64,000 bases of DNA from a virus (lineage: Duplodnaviria; Caudoviricetes), in IMG/VR virus record IMGVR_UViG_3300046615_000768, positions 1-64,000 of that record, one strand, 5' to 3'. The notes under the pieces were generated by a model. It saw only the letters and a program-made list of their open reading frames with translations. It was not told the origin of the DNA and did not search any database. Positions 1 through 8,726 of this stretch are shown here, piece by piece; position 1 is the stretch's first letter, and each line of letters opens with the position of its first letter. Made by a program: the position numbers and the translations under genes.

Positions 1-363
1 TTACTCACCGGCCGCCACCATCAGTTTTTTCAGCGCCGCGATCGAGCACTTGCCCGCGTCGCGCAGCTCGCGGCGCAGCATCGAGGCGATCCGCTCGTGC
101 CCCGCCGCTGCTTCGGCCCAGGTGCGATAGCGGTCCATCGACCCGCTCTCCCCGTCCGTGAACACCATCGTCTCGAACAGGACCGGGTCGCCGTTCGGTC
201 TGAAATTATGGTCCAGTCCCAGGAAAACCGTGCTGACCCAATTGTTGTCGATCGTGTCCTGCGCGACCCGGCGCCGGCTCGTGTCCTCGAACCACATCGC
301 CCACTCCAGCAAGTTGGCGCATGGAATGGCGACCTTGTCCGGGGTAAGAATGTAGTATTTCAT
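1..363 (-). CDS. Conserved phage hypothetical protein
   Basis: STVFLGLDH...LFETMVF...RYRTWAEAAAGH pattern typical of small phage proteins; start overlaps the stop of the upstream gene. Confidence 0.7.
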   Translation of the reverse strand: MKYYILTPDKVAIPCANLLEWAMWFEDTSRRRVAQDTIDNNWVSTVFLGLDHNFRPNGDPVLFETMVFTDGESGSMDRYRTWAEAAAGHERIASMLRRELRDAGKCSIAALKKLMVAAGE

Positions 364-2720
364 GCGCGCTTCTGTTGCGGGTTAAAGGCGGCTTCGGCAG
401 CTGCCAGCTCGGCGCGCTGCTTGAGCCAGATGGCGATGATGCGTTTCAGCTCGGACAGGCCACCGTTGCAGTCAACGTAGCGGTCGCCCGTCAGCTTTTT
501 GAGGTTGCGCTGCGCCGTGTGATCGACGAAGCGCGTCATGCAGACGGCCTTGTCGACGTTCGCCAGCGAGGCCGCCGCGCCGTTCATCGTCACGTCGCCG
601 ATCTTGATCTCGATCTGCGGGAATTCCTTTTCCAGCTCGGCGCGGTACTGGCTTGCGCGGTTCACCATCACGCCGACCACCAGGCGCCGCGGCTTTTCCT
701 CGCGCGGCGTCTCGGGGCCGTAGTTCTTCTTGGGCGCCATCGTCGACACGTTCGACACATTCGACACGTTCGACACGCGTTCCGGGGCTGGGCTTGGCGT
801 CTGCGGAGAAGAAACGACAGGCTCGGCCGGCGGCGCGACACTGGCCGCTGCGGCCGGCGGTTGTGCCGCCAGTGCCAGGGCAACGGCTTCGTTGACGAAT
901 TGCGTCAGCATCGGGCGCAGCTGGTTCGCCACTTCGGCCGCCAGCAGCGACACCAGGGGCGCGAATGCGGCGCGGTACGGGTCCATTGCCGGCACGTCGG
1001 CCGTCGGAGCGATCGGAGCGGCCGGAGCGGCCGGCGCCGGGGATGGGATCTGCACAGCCGGCGCGGCCGCTGCCGTGGCCGGCTGCGGTCCCGGGGCTGG
1101 AGGCTCCACCTGGGCGATCGGCGCGGCCGGTGCCGGCTTCGCCCCGCCTTCCAGTTCCTCGTTGAGGTCAAGGAACGCGCGCTCCAGCGGTTGCTTGAGC
1201 GTGCTGAACGAGGCCACCTTCAAATGCCGCCGTTGCCGTTCGATCGGCAGGACCCGTTGCTGGGCGAAGGCGACATCGTGGCTGTCGAGGCCGGTCAGCG
1301 AGCCGCGTTTAGGGTAATTCGCGGACGGGAACAGGCGGTGCAGCTCGCGTGCCACCGCAAGCCACTCCTCGCGCGTCCATTCCACCTTGCTGAACAGCTT
1401 GTCGGCCGGAATGGCCGGGTTGGTGACGACCGGCCGCGTCGGCATCGTGGCCACGATCGGCGGCAGGTCCGGGTCCACCGGCGCCGGGGCACGCCTGAAT
1501 TGTCCCATCGAGATCCGCGCGCGGGCATCGTCGAGCATCTTGCGCGTCGAGTGGACATGGAAGAAGCGGCGCGGCCGCGCCATCATGCTCGACGCCTCGT
1601 TCAGGCGGGCCAGGGTGAGGCGCCCGGGATGGTCTTCGAGTTCCGGTTCAAGGTCGTGCAGCTTGCGCACCAGGGCGTCCCATTCCTCATCGCACCATTT
1701 GATGCGCGGGCCGGTGCGGTGATCCGGCTTCTGGTCTTCGGTGGCGATCACCCCGCTCTGCACGAACTGCTCGGCGGTCCAGATCGGCCGGCCTGCGATC
1801 GCATCGCGCAGGCGCCGCACAAAGCTGGTGACGTGGGCCTGGTTGGCCATACGACGGCGTCGATGCGCAGGCAGGACCGCGTTCACGGCGCGGGCCAGGT
1901 CGCCGCTTGTCAGGCCTGGCAAATCGCCCTCCATGGCGTTCGGGAACTGCTGCACCAACTCGCGCCCGATCGCAAGGTATTCTTCGGCTGTCCAGAAAAT
2001 CTTCTCTCCGTTGCCGGCCATGGCAATCACGGGAGGCCGTTCTGCTGCCGGCGCCGCGCCCCCCTCGGCCGCTTCAACGCTTGATCCACCCTCTTTTTTT
2101 CCGAAGAACATCGGGTCGCGTTGCTGGCGGGCCGTCGAATACGCATGCAGCAAGCGCGGTGCTACTTCGCTGACGGCGATAAAGTGCCGTTGCCTGCCCT
2201 CCCCCATCATCGACGCCGCCATGTTCAGTTCCCGGGCCGTAACGCCTTTCAGGTCCGTGGCGTTCAACAGGTCGAGCGAAGGGCAGAGATTATGCAGGGC
2301 CAGCGCGTAGAACCGCCATTCGTCGCCGGACCAGTGGATCTTGCGGCGCCGGCCAGTGTCGTCACCGTCGTCAGCGGCCGGTGTTGCCTGGTGTTCCTGC
2401 TCGCCAGTCGGTGCCGGCATGTCGGTAGTGCTTGGGCTTGCCACGGCCTCGATCATATCGTCGTCGTCAGGTGTGGCGGCGCTACGGCCGGTGACGCGCA
2501 TGAAGGCTTGCAGCAGGTCACGCTTGAGGCGGTTCAGCTTTGGCCGCAGGGCTGAACGTGGCGAGGCGATCACGGAATGCAGGACAGGCGTCAGCTCCTG
2601 GTCGCTCAACTCAATCTTGTGAGGCCGCATCACTGTCTCGAAGCCACGGCTCGGATATTTGTGGATCAGCGCGCGTGCCAGGCGGTCAAGTTCGCTATCA
2701 GTCCAGTTTTTCTTGTTCAT
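360..2720 (-). CDS. 786-aa protein with five Trp-containing helical repeats, a Pro/Ala linker and a DUF2325-like C-terminal domain
   Basis: Repeats KKNWTDSEL, KIHWSGDEW, KIFWTAEEY, RIKWCDEEW, KVEWTREEW, each followed by a L..L...(F/Y)P-like segment; C-terminal VDKAVCMTRFVDH. Confidence 0.75.
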   Translation of the reverse strand: MNKKNWTDSELDRLARALIHKYPSRGFETVMRPHKIELSDQELTPVLHSVIASPRSALRPKLNRLKRDLLQAFMRVTGRSAATPDDDDMIEAVASPSTTDMPAPTGEQEHQATPAADDGDDTGRRRKIHWSGDEWRFYALALHNLCPSLDLLNATDLKGVTARELNMAASMMGEGRQRHFIAVSEVAPRLLHAYSTARQQRDPMFFGKKEGGSSVEAAEGGAAPAAERPPVIAMAGNGEKIFWTAEEYLAIGRELVQQFPNAMEGDLPGLTSGDLARAVNAVLPAHRRRRMANQAHVTSFVRRLRDAIAGRPIWTAEQFVQSGVIATEDQKPDHRTGPRIKWCDEEWDALVRKLHDLEPELEDHPGRLTLARLNEASSMMARPRRFFHVHSTRKMLDDARARISMGQFRRAPAPVDPDLPPIVATMPTRPVVTNPAIPADKLFSKVEWTREEWLAVARELHRLFPSANYPKRGSLTGLDSHDVAFAQQRVLPIERQRRHLKVASFSTLKQPLERAFLDLNEELEGGAKPAPAAPIAQVEPPAPGPQPATAAAAPAVQIPSPAPAAPAAPIAPTADVPAMDPYRAAFAPLVSLLAAEVANQLRPMLTQFVNEAVALALAAQPPAAAASVAPPAEPVVSSPQTPSPAPERVSNVSNVSNVSTMAPKKNYGPETPREEKPRRLVVGVMVNRASQYRAELEKEFPQIEIKIGDVTMNGAAASLANVDKAVCMTRFVDHTAQRNLKKLTGDRYVDCNGGLSELKRIIAIWLKQRAELAAAEAAFNPQQKRA
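743..777. repeat. 9-bp tandem repeat x4 (TCGACAC(G/A)T) encoding VSNVSNVSNVS
   Basis: Read directly: units start at 743, 752, 761, 770. Confidence 0.85.
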
Positions 2721-2749
2721 TTCAAGTCCACACTAAGGGCGATGACACA

Positions 2750-3264
2750 TCCTACCGTGTCTTACTTTAATTCCAAAGAGGAAATGCAAGGAATTTATCT
2801 TGCTACCTGTAATTACTGGATTTTACGTTGTTGAGCGCATACATCACGCAAGTCGATGATTCATTTGATATACCTGCTAAACCATCGGTGATTTTTGGTG
2901 AGAATCTGTAGGATCGTTCCTACGGCGCGATCAGACATATCGGAAAGGTGTGTCATTTACTTTAAGTCTGCTTTACAAGTGCCCTTTAATCGACATTACC
3001 TTTGCTTAACGGTTTCGTTACCTTTACCCCTAGGTTTTGGTTAAGAAGATATTAAAAGCTGTTAACGCTTGTGGATAAGTGCCCTAAGTTGTTGATAACG
3101 TGTGCCCATTTGGACCCCCCCGGTGCGTCATTTTCGGAAATTGGTGCGTCGTTTTCGGAAATCGGTGCGTCGTTTTCGGGTCTAGGTGCGTCGTTTTCGG
3201 GTGGCGCACCCCCCAAGGTGCGTCGTTTTCGGCTACTCCCCCGGCAAAGGTGCGTCATTTTCGG
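2750..3264. promoter_or_regulatory. Iteron-type plasmid origin (oriV-like): AT-rich tract, DnaA boxes and iterons
   Basis: AT-rich DNA about 2750-3065; perfect DnaA box TGTGGATAA at 3070-3078; near-match TGTTGATAA at 3090-3098; adjacent iteron array next to a TrfA-like gene. Confidence 0.8.
3122..3264 (+). repeat. Six 16-bp iterons GGTGCGTC(A/G)TTTTCGG
   Basis: Copies start at 3122, 3143, 3164, 3185 (21-bp period), then 3217 and 3249 (32-bp period). Confidence 0.9.
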
Positions 3265-4267
3265 GTGCGTATTTTGCGCGCAAGACCTTGACGGTCGTGT
3301 CGCCTCGGTCTTCGTTCGGCGTTGCTTCGAGCAGGAACCCCGCCTCGACGAGTTCGTCGAGCGCGCGCAAGACCGTGCGCCTGTTCGCCTTGAACTCACC
3401 GTCGAGTTTCAGGTACTCGGCTAGGGTGCTGATGAGAACGTCGAACGGCTTCGCATGGCTGGCGTAATAGGTCAGTAGTACGCGAGCTGACCATGACAGG
3501 GACTCGCGCAGGGGCTGCCCCAAAAAGGTCAGGAACGGCTGGGCAAACAGCATTGCCATTTCCGGCTCGATCACAATCTCCCAGGTGAGGTTCCCCTGCG
3601 GAATGTTGTTGACTGCGCGTCCCTTGCCACCCGAATACACTGCGGAACCGATTAAGGACAGCATCAGGCCGTCCCCATCATCGTCGTCAGGCACTTCCCC
3701 GCGGTCGTAGGCGGCCAGTTTCTCGTACAGCTGAGCCAGTTCTTCGGGAGGGGCGTTGTTCGCGCGCGCACGCCCGCATGCCACTGCCATGACCAGCCGT
3801 TTCGAGCGCACGTTCAACGACGTTGCTTTGAGCCGCTGAAAGGATCTGTAGATTTCCGTGTAATAAGACTGCTTTGGTTCCCACCCGTTGAGCTTGCAGA
3901 TTTCTATGTTGGACATGCTGAAAACCAGCTGATTGCCCTTGAGGCGGCGTGCCTTGTGGATAGCGGTCAGCCATACGCCCTGGTCGAGAGCACGCAGTTC
4001 TTCGCCCGTGTATGTGATTTTTGCATCCTTGCCGATCGAGAACAGGCGGGTATTGCTGTAGTGCAGACGCGGCGAGCGCGGATTTCGAGCGGAGAACAAG
4101 GAGCAGCGGGCCAGCTCGTTGGCGACCGCGCGCACGTCTTCGGGCCAATGCGACATTTGCTCAGGGACCCGCTCCTTGATTTCCTCCTGCGCACGACGTA
4201 TTTTGCCGACGTACTCGATCCTCTGCACGGCGCTCATCGCCGCGTTGTTTTCGTTTTCGTCTATCAT
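3233..4267 (-). CDS. trfA: TrfA-family plasmid replication initiator
   Basis: ELARCSLFSAR and ITYTGEELRALDQGVWL motifs, C-terminal winged-helix-like segment, adjacent iterons. Confidence 0.8.
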   Translation of the reverse strand: MIDENENNAAMSAVQRIEYVGKIRRAQEEIKERVPEQMSHWPEDVRAVANELARCSLFSARNPRSPRLHYSNTRLFSIGKDAKITYTGEELRALDQGVWLTAIHKARRLKGNQLVFSMSNIEICKLNGWEPKQSYYTEIYRSFQRLKATSLNVRSKRLVMAVACGRARANNAPPEELAQLYEKLAAYDRGEVPDDDDGDGLMLSLIGSAVYSGGKGRAVNNIPQGNLTWEIVIEPEMAMLFAQPFLTFLGQPLRESLSWSARVLLTYYASHAKPFDVLISTLAEYLKLDGEFKANRRTVLRALDELVEAGFLLEATPNEDRGDTTVKVLRAKYAPENDAPLPGE

Positions 4268-4276
4268 GCCAGTGCC

Positions 4277-4627
4277 TTACCCCTGCTGTTCGGCTGCGAC
4301 CGGCTTCTCGATCAGGAACTCGCTGTAGACCTTGCCGCGAATCCAGTACGGAATCCGCCCCATGCCAGACCAGGTGTCTCCGCTGACGGGGTCCTGGTAC
4401 TTGGCCACGCCGGCGCCCGGCAGCGTGCGCTTGGTCGTAGCCTTGATCACGTCGTCAGGGTCGAACCCGTTTTGCGCCATCATCTGCGCGACCACGACGC
4501 GGGCCCGGTTCAGCACACGCGGACGCATGGCGGCGATCTTCTTCTCCAGCTCGGCCAGCTGCTGGTTCAGGGCATAAAACTCCTCGATCTCGTCGAGGCC
4601 TGGCAGGTTCAGTGCATCAGTTTTCAT
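4277..4627 (-). CDS. hns: H-NS family nucleoid-associated protein
   Basis: KYQDPVSGDTWSGMGRIPYWI matches the H-NS DNA-binding signature TW(S/T)GxGRxPxW; coiled-coil N-terminus. Confidence 0.9.
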   Translation of the reverse strand: MKTDALNLPGLDEIEEFYALNQQLAELEKKIAAMRPRVLNRARVVVAQMMAQNGFDPDDVIKATTKRTLPGAGVAKYQDPVSGDTWSGMGRIPYWIRGKVYSEFLIEKPVAAEQQG

Positions 4628-4862
4628 TTGGTTCGTCGTTCAGGTGGAAGTAAAGGGCCGCTGCCGTCGCCGCCTGGCGCCGCGTCAGCCCGGGTGGATC
4701 TTCTTCATTGCCGCCGTAGCAGCTGCAACATTTTTTCTGGTGGCCGACCGACCCGATGATCGAGCGCAGGCCACATTCGTAATGCACGCCCCCCATGGAC
4801 GTGCGATCGCCGGGCAGGATCGGTTCGTCGCACCAGGCGCACAGAGGGAACTCGCGTTTCAT
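4617..4862 (-). CDS. Small Cys/His-rich (probable zinc-binding) hypothetical protein
   Basis: CxxC...HxxC...HxxxCCSC pattern; overlapping start and stop with neighbours. Confidence 0.6.
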   Translation of the reverse strand: MKREFPLCAWCDEPILPGDRTSMGGVHYECGLRSIIGSVGHQKKCCSCYGGNEEDPPGLTRRQAATAAALYFHLNDEPNEN

Positions 4863-5254
4863 GGCCGCGCCTTCACTGCAAGCACCCTCTCCAGCTCATG
4901 CCAAAGGGACGAGACGCCGCCGAACTTCCCGCCCAGGTATATGTCGTGCGCTTCCTGGTCGCCGTCCGAGACTTCTTCCATGTTCGCTACTTTGATTTCC
5001 TCGATCAGGCGCCTGGCGGTCGTTTCGACGATCGCACCCAGCTCGTGCCGGTTTGCCGAGGCCCTCGCAGCGCGCCCGACCAGTACGACCACGTGCGACG
5101 TGATCCGGCCGCAGGCGAAGCCGACCGGGGTCGGCGCGACGACCATCACGAAACTGGTCCAGAATGACGGCGGCCAGTAGTGCGAGACGGTGGCCACGAT
5201 CGTCCCGACGATGATGACGAGCAGCAGCAGCAGGGTTTCATGCACGGCGTTCAA
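4859..5254 (-). CDS. Hypothetical membrane protein
   Basis: Two hydrophobic stretches; the likely start is the TTG overlapping the upstream stop, and the longer track ORF overlaps another gene. Confidence 0.55.
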   Translation of the reverse strand: MNAVHETLLLLLVIIVGTIVATVSHYWPPSFWTSFVMVVAPTPVGFACGRITSHVVVLVGRAARASANRHELGAIVETTARRLIEEIKVANMEEVSDGDQEAHDIYLGGKFGGVSSLWHELERVLAVKARP

Positions 5255-5562
5255 TGCGTCGGCCCCGGTGGCGGAATGATGCCTTCTTTCTGCATCCACT
5301 CCTGGGCCTCTTCCTCGTTGTCGAAGCGCTTGCCCAGCACCTGCTGCGCGAATGCGGCATCGACCGCTTCGTGCAGCTTGTCGAGCCCGTCTTCGCCCTG
5401 CATCTGGCTTACCGCCTTGAGGGCAATCACCGACGCGAAGGCAATGTCTTGCAGGGTCAGCCCGTATTGCGACAGCTCGTGAAGTGCCTCGACGTGCATC
5501 TGAGTCATGGAACTGGCCAGCGCGGCCATCTTCTCGGAGTCGATCTTGCTTTCGTAGGTCAT
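5251..5562 (-). CDS. Small acidic helical hypothetical protein
   Basis: Tightly packed operon with host-like codon usage. Confidence 0.65.
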   Translation of the reverse strand: MTYESKIDSEKMAALASSMTQMHVEALHELSQYGLTLQDIAFASVIALKAVSQMQGEDGLDKLHEAVDAAFAQQVLGKRFDNEEEAQEWMQKEGIIPPPGPTH

Positions 5563-5586
5563 GTGTCGTCGTGGTTGTGGTGGAAA

Positions 5587-5868
5587 TCAGTGCGATACGC
5601 GCTTGTCTTCGTCGAGGGTGACGGCCAGCTCTGCATCGTCGGTAGCGCCGAAGCCGTGAGCGAACAGGCGCAGCGCCTCTTCGGCCAGCTGGCGGTATCC
5701 CTCGTCGTCGGCTTTTGTCGCGGCCGCTTCGTGCATGCACATCACCTGCGTGATGACGCCGAAGAGCCGCATGGCGTCACGCGGTTTGATGCCGTGCTGC
5801 GCCGAGAACTTGGCGATCGCTCCGACAAATGCCTTCTCGCCGGCTGTCAGTTCGCTTAATGGGTTCAT
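5587..5868 (-). CDS. Hypothetical protein, paralog of 6352-6678
   Basis: Shared PRxAxxLFG...FxxG(F/L)G motif. Confidence 0.65.
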   Translation of the reverse strand: MNPLSELTAGEKAFVGAIAKFSAQHGIKPRDAMRLFGVITQVMCMHEAAATKADDEGYRQLAEEALRLFAHGFGATDDAELAVTLDEDKRVSH

Positions 5869-6380
5869 TCGTCCTCCCCGAGTATGATCGGCTCGCCTTC
5901 GGCCGCGTTAAAGGTCAGGAACATTTGCCCATCCAGCTCGCCGGCCAGGTCGCCGAGGAAGCACAGGCGGTCGCCGGGCTCGGCTTCGAGGACCGCGTCG
6001 ATGACCTTCTCGCGCAGCGGCGTCTTGCCAACCTTGAGTTCGCGCACGACGAGCCGGCCCTTGTCGGCCAACTGGTCATCCATGCAGGCGGGCAGGCGCA
6101 TGAGCGCGTCGACCGCAGCCTGGCCGACCGGCGTCATCAGGATCTCGCCCGATGGTTCGAGGTGCCCGCCGGCCCAGCAGCACAGCACGCGGCCGGTGGC
6201 GTTGCCGCGCGAGGCCGTGGTCTGGAACACGGACAGCGTGATCTGCACGTCCTTGTCAACGTCGGCCGGGCGAATTGCGTCCAGCAGCGCGGGGTCGCAT
6301 TCGGCGCCGAAGATCATGCGTGAAACAATCATCGAATCGTTCATCTGGTTCTCACTGGATTGGGTGTTCGCCGGTTTCAC
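5865..6380 (-). CDS. Hypothetical protein
   Basis: Coupled start and stop with neighbours. Confidence 0.6.
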   Translation of the reverse strand: MKPANTQSSENQMNDSMIVSRMIFGAECDPALLDAIRPADVDKDVQITLSVFQTTASRGNATGRVLCCWAGGHLEPSGEILMTPVGQAAVDALMRLPACMDDQLADKGRLVVRELKVGKTPLREKVIDAVLEAEPGDRLCFLGDLAGELDGQMFLTFNAAEGEPIILGEDE

Positions 6381-6678
6381 GCTCGATCTCGGCGATCATC
6401 TGCGCGGCTTCTTCGCCTTCGACCTTCTTGATCACGCTGTTTCCGAGCCCGAGCCCAACCAGAAAGTCGTTGAGCGTGCGCATGAACATTTCGTCACGGT
6501 CCTCGCCTCTCGATGCCTCGTTCTCGACGAGGCGATTTGCAAACAGACCGAACAGGTGTATCGCCATGCGCGGGTGCATTTCCATCCGCAACATCATGTT
6601 CCCGATCGTCTCCAGGAATTCCTTTGATATCGCCGCTGCCTCATCAGGGGTGCGGTCGGGTTTAGCTTGGTCTGACAT
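6352..6678 (-). CDS. Hypothetical protein, paralog of 5587-5868
   Basis: HPRMAIHLFG...FLVGLG. Confidence 0.65.
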   Translation of the reverse strand: MSDQAKPDRTPDEAAAISKEFLETIGNMMLRMEMHPRMAIHLFGLFANRLVENEASRGEDRDEMFMRTLNDFLVGLGLGNSVIKKVEGEEAAQMIAEIERETGEHPIQ

Positions 6679-6690
6679 TTTTGGTCCTAG

Positions 6691-7065
6691 TTATTTGCGT
6701 GGAATGATCCACTGCGTGGTGATGAGCAAGCAGAACGCCGACATGGCCGCGATAACCCAGCTCCCTTCGATGACCGCGTTGATCGTGGCATAGGCGTTGC
6801 TGATTCCCGTCACCCACTGCAAGACGAGAAGCGTCCGGCGTCGGGCCCACCACGGGCGGGGCTGGTCCGATACCGGGCTATGGAGCAGGACCCCGACCTG
6901 TTCCAGCACGGCGTCGGCCTCTTGCAGCAGCATCGCCTGACGCCTGGTGTTCAGGAAGCGCACGATCGGGTGCTTGTCCGGGCTCTTCAATGCCTTGGCC
7001 CGTTCGAGCAGGGCTTCTGCACGGGCCAGCAGCTCGACCACCTGTGCGCCGTCGTTCATCGCCAT
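6691..7065 (-). CDS. Hypothetical membrane protein
   Basis: Start MAMNDG overlaps the upstream TGA; two C-terminal hydrophobic helices. Confidence 0.55.
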   Translation of the reverse strand: MAMNDGAQVVELLARAEALLERAKALKSPDKHPIVRFLNTRRQAMLLQEADAVLEQVGVLLHSPVSDQPRPWWARRRTLLVLQWVTGISNAYATINAVIEGSWVIAAMSAFCLLITTQWIIPRK

Positions 7066-7379
7066 CAATGTTTCCTCACCGGGATCGCCTCGGCCTTCAC
7101 GTCCCCGTCCTCGCCGTCGTCGACCACCTGGATGATCCCGCTCGGCATGTGCAGCACTTGCAGGAACTCGCGCAACATCATCGTGCGCGCCTGATCCAGG
7201 GTCATCTTCGGCTCGCGCGACATCACACTTGCCGCCACCCCGCGACAGGCCAGGGACAGCGCAGCCACCGAATGCAGCCACGGCATGTCCCCGTATTCCG
7301 GCTTGCCGACCGTCTCGATCAGGTCCGCGGCCAGTTTCGTCGTCAGTTCGGCCTGCTCTTCCGTCATGCCCCGCGTCAT
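7065..7379 (-). CDS. Hypothetical protein
   Basis: Operon packing. Confidence 0.6.
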   Translation of the reverse strand: MTRGMTEEQAELTTKLAADLIETVGKPEYGDMPWLHSVAALSLACRGVAASVMSREPKMTLDQARTMMLREFLQVLHMPSGIIQVVDDGEDGDVKAEAIPVRKH

Positions 7380-7624
7380 TGCTTGCCCGCGCCGGCCGGG
7401 AGGATCGTCTCGATGTCCTCGCGCGCGGTGAAGCGCACCAGCCGAACGCGCACGCCCGCCGTGTCGGCGACAAGCTGCGCATCCTTGCGCATCAGCGGCA
7501 GCAGCGCTTCGTTCCCCGTGATCAGCGGATACAGCATCGAACCCTTGCTGACAGCGGGCACGCCGTCACCCTCCTTTTCCTCGGCCAAAAAAGCGAACAC
7601 AGCGTCGATTGCGCGGTAAGTCAT
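7376..7624 (-). CDS. Hypothetical protein, first gene of the leftward accessory operon
   Basis: Follows an AT-rich promoter region. Confidence 0.6.
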   Translation of the reverse strand: MTYRAIDAVFAFLAEEKEGDGVPAVSKGSMLYPLITGNEALLPLMRKDAQLVADTAGVRVRLVRFTAREDIETILPAGAGKQ

Positions 7625-7654
7625 AATTAACAGGCGGTAATAAAAAGAAAAAAC

Positions 7655-7684
7655 ATTCTATAGACTGCTTATGCGATATAGCAA
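7655..7684 (-). promoter_or_regulatory. Putative sigma70 promoter
   Basis: Minus strand TTGCTA-N18-TAGAAT upstream of the start at 7624. Confidence 0.5.
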
Positions 7685-7775
7685 TACTTTTTGAGACGAT
7701 AAGGCAATAGATTCAGCACATTAGCGCACCCTGCAACAGCAGGGGCGCACTGTTACTTTTGGTGATAATCAGCAA

Positions 7776-8726
7776 TTATTCAGGCACTGTAAGAGTGTGA
7801 ATATTCTCTTCCAACAATTTGTGAAGCCGTTCGTAGTCGAAGTTACCGCTCAAGCGCGCGCCTTCGGGCGTCACGATCAGGCGTGCACCGCCGGCAAGGT
7901 CGTACTCGCGGCGCTCGGTCCTTGCCTTGGGGTTGATCTGCTTTTCAATCCATCCCACAACGGCAGATTGGCTTAAAGCCTGTTCGTCCTCCTCCTGCTC
8001 TTCGTTCAGTCGTGCTCGTTCAGCCAGGCGTACCAGCGCGTCGAAAACGATCATGCTGTGTTTCTCACAGTAGGGTCGAAGGTTGCGCGCCAAGTTGTAG
8101 CCGATCAGGGTGGGCCGGTCATCCAGGAGCTGCTGCGCTGCTGGCGGTAGTGCACCGAACGAATCGAGCGCCTGAACGGTAGTGCGAGAAATGTTCAGCA
8201 CACGCGCCATCTGCGTGTTGTTCGGGACCGCGCCGGTGGTCTTGAGCATTGCCATGTGTTTGTACAGCTCCCAATCCGAGAGCCCTTTACGGGTCGTGTT
8301 CTCGCTTGTGAGCGCGCGCGCAGCTTCGGTGTCGGTGAGATAGCGGACAAACGCAGGGATCTCGCTGCGCCCGAGAATGCGAAACGCATCGACGCGGTGG
8401 TGGCCAGCGACCAGCTCGAACAGTGGCAGGGGGGGTGTCATAGTATGACACCCCTCTTCCAGTGCTTGAGCGGGCAGCGGACGAACGATAATGGGATCGA
8501 GAAGGCCTTCGGCACGGATGCTTTCGACCAGGTTCTCCATATAGTCCTCGTCACGCTTGCCCCTCGACTGGAACGGTGAGCGCACCAGCTGCTCCAGTTG
8601 CAGCAGGATCGGCGCGCTCGACTCTTGGCCAGCTCGGCCGAGGATCGTGGTGGCTACGTCCTTCTGCAGGTTCTGGCGCGGGCGGTTTCCCAGCGCAGCG
8701 GTCAGTTCCTTTTTCATCTGGTTCAT
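7776..8726 (-). CDS. parB: ParB family partition protein
   Basis: IVRSPFQSR-like box I (LVRSPFQSR), LVESIRAEGLLDPIIVRP, FELVAGHHR (CTP-binding GxxR), downstream HTH. Confidence 0.92.
   Translation of the reverse strand: MNQMKKELTAALGNRPRQNLQKDVATTILGRAGQESSAPILLQLEQLVRSPFQSRGKRDEDYMENLVESIRAEGLLDPIIVRPLPAQALEEGCHTMTPPLPLFELVAGHHRVDAFRILGRSEIPAFVRYLTDTEAARALTSENTTRKGLSDWELYKHMAMLKTTGAVPNNTQMARVLNISRTTVQALDSFGALPPAAQQLLDDRPTLIGYNLARNLRPYCEKHSMIVFDALVRLAERARLNEEQEEDEQALSQSAVVGWIEKQINPKARTERREYDLAGGARLIVTPEGARLSGNFDYERLHKLLEENIHTLTVPE
8432..8454. promoter_or_regulatory. Palindrome GGGGTGTCAT-AGT-ATGACACCCC, candidate parS site inside parB
   Basis: Perfect 10-bp arms; identical core at 9631-9653. 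Confidence 0.65.

Noticed and set aside
2742-2956. parS-like half sites ATGACACA (2742) and TGTGTCAT (2949)
   Set aside because: Only 8-bp half sites about 200 bp apart; not distinguishable from chance
3122-3264. CRISPR array
   Set aside because: 16-bp repeats with 5-16 bp gaps, next to trfA and DnaA boxes and with no cas genes; these are iterons. The 3052-3399 ORF (ENDAP repeats) is only their translation
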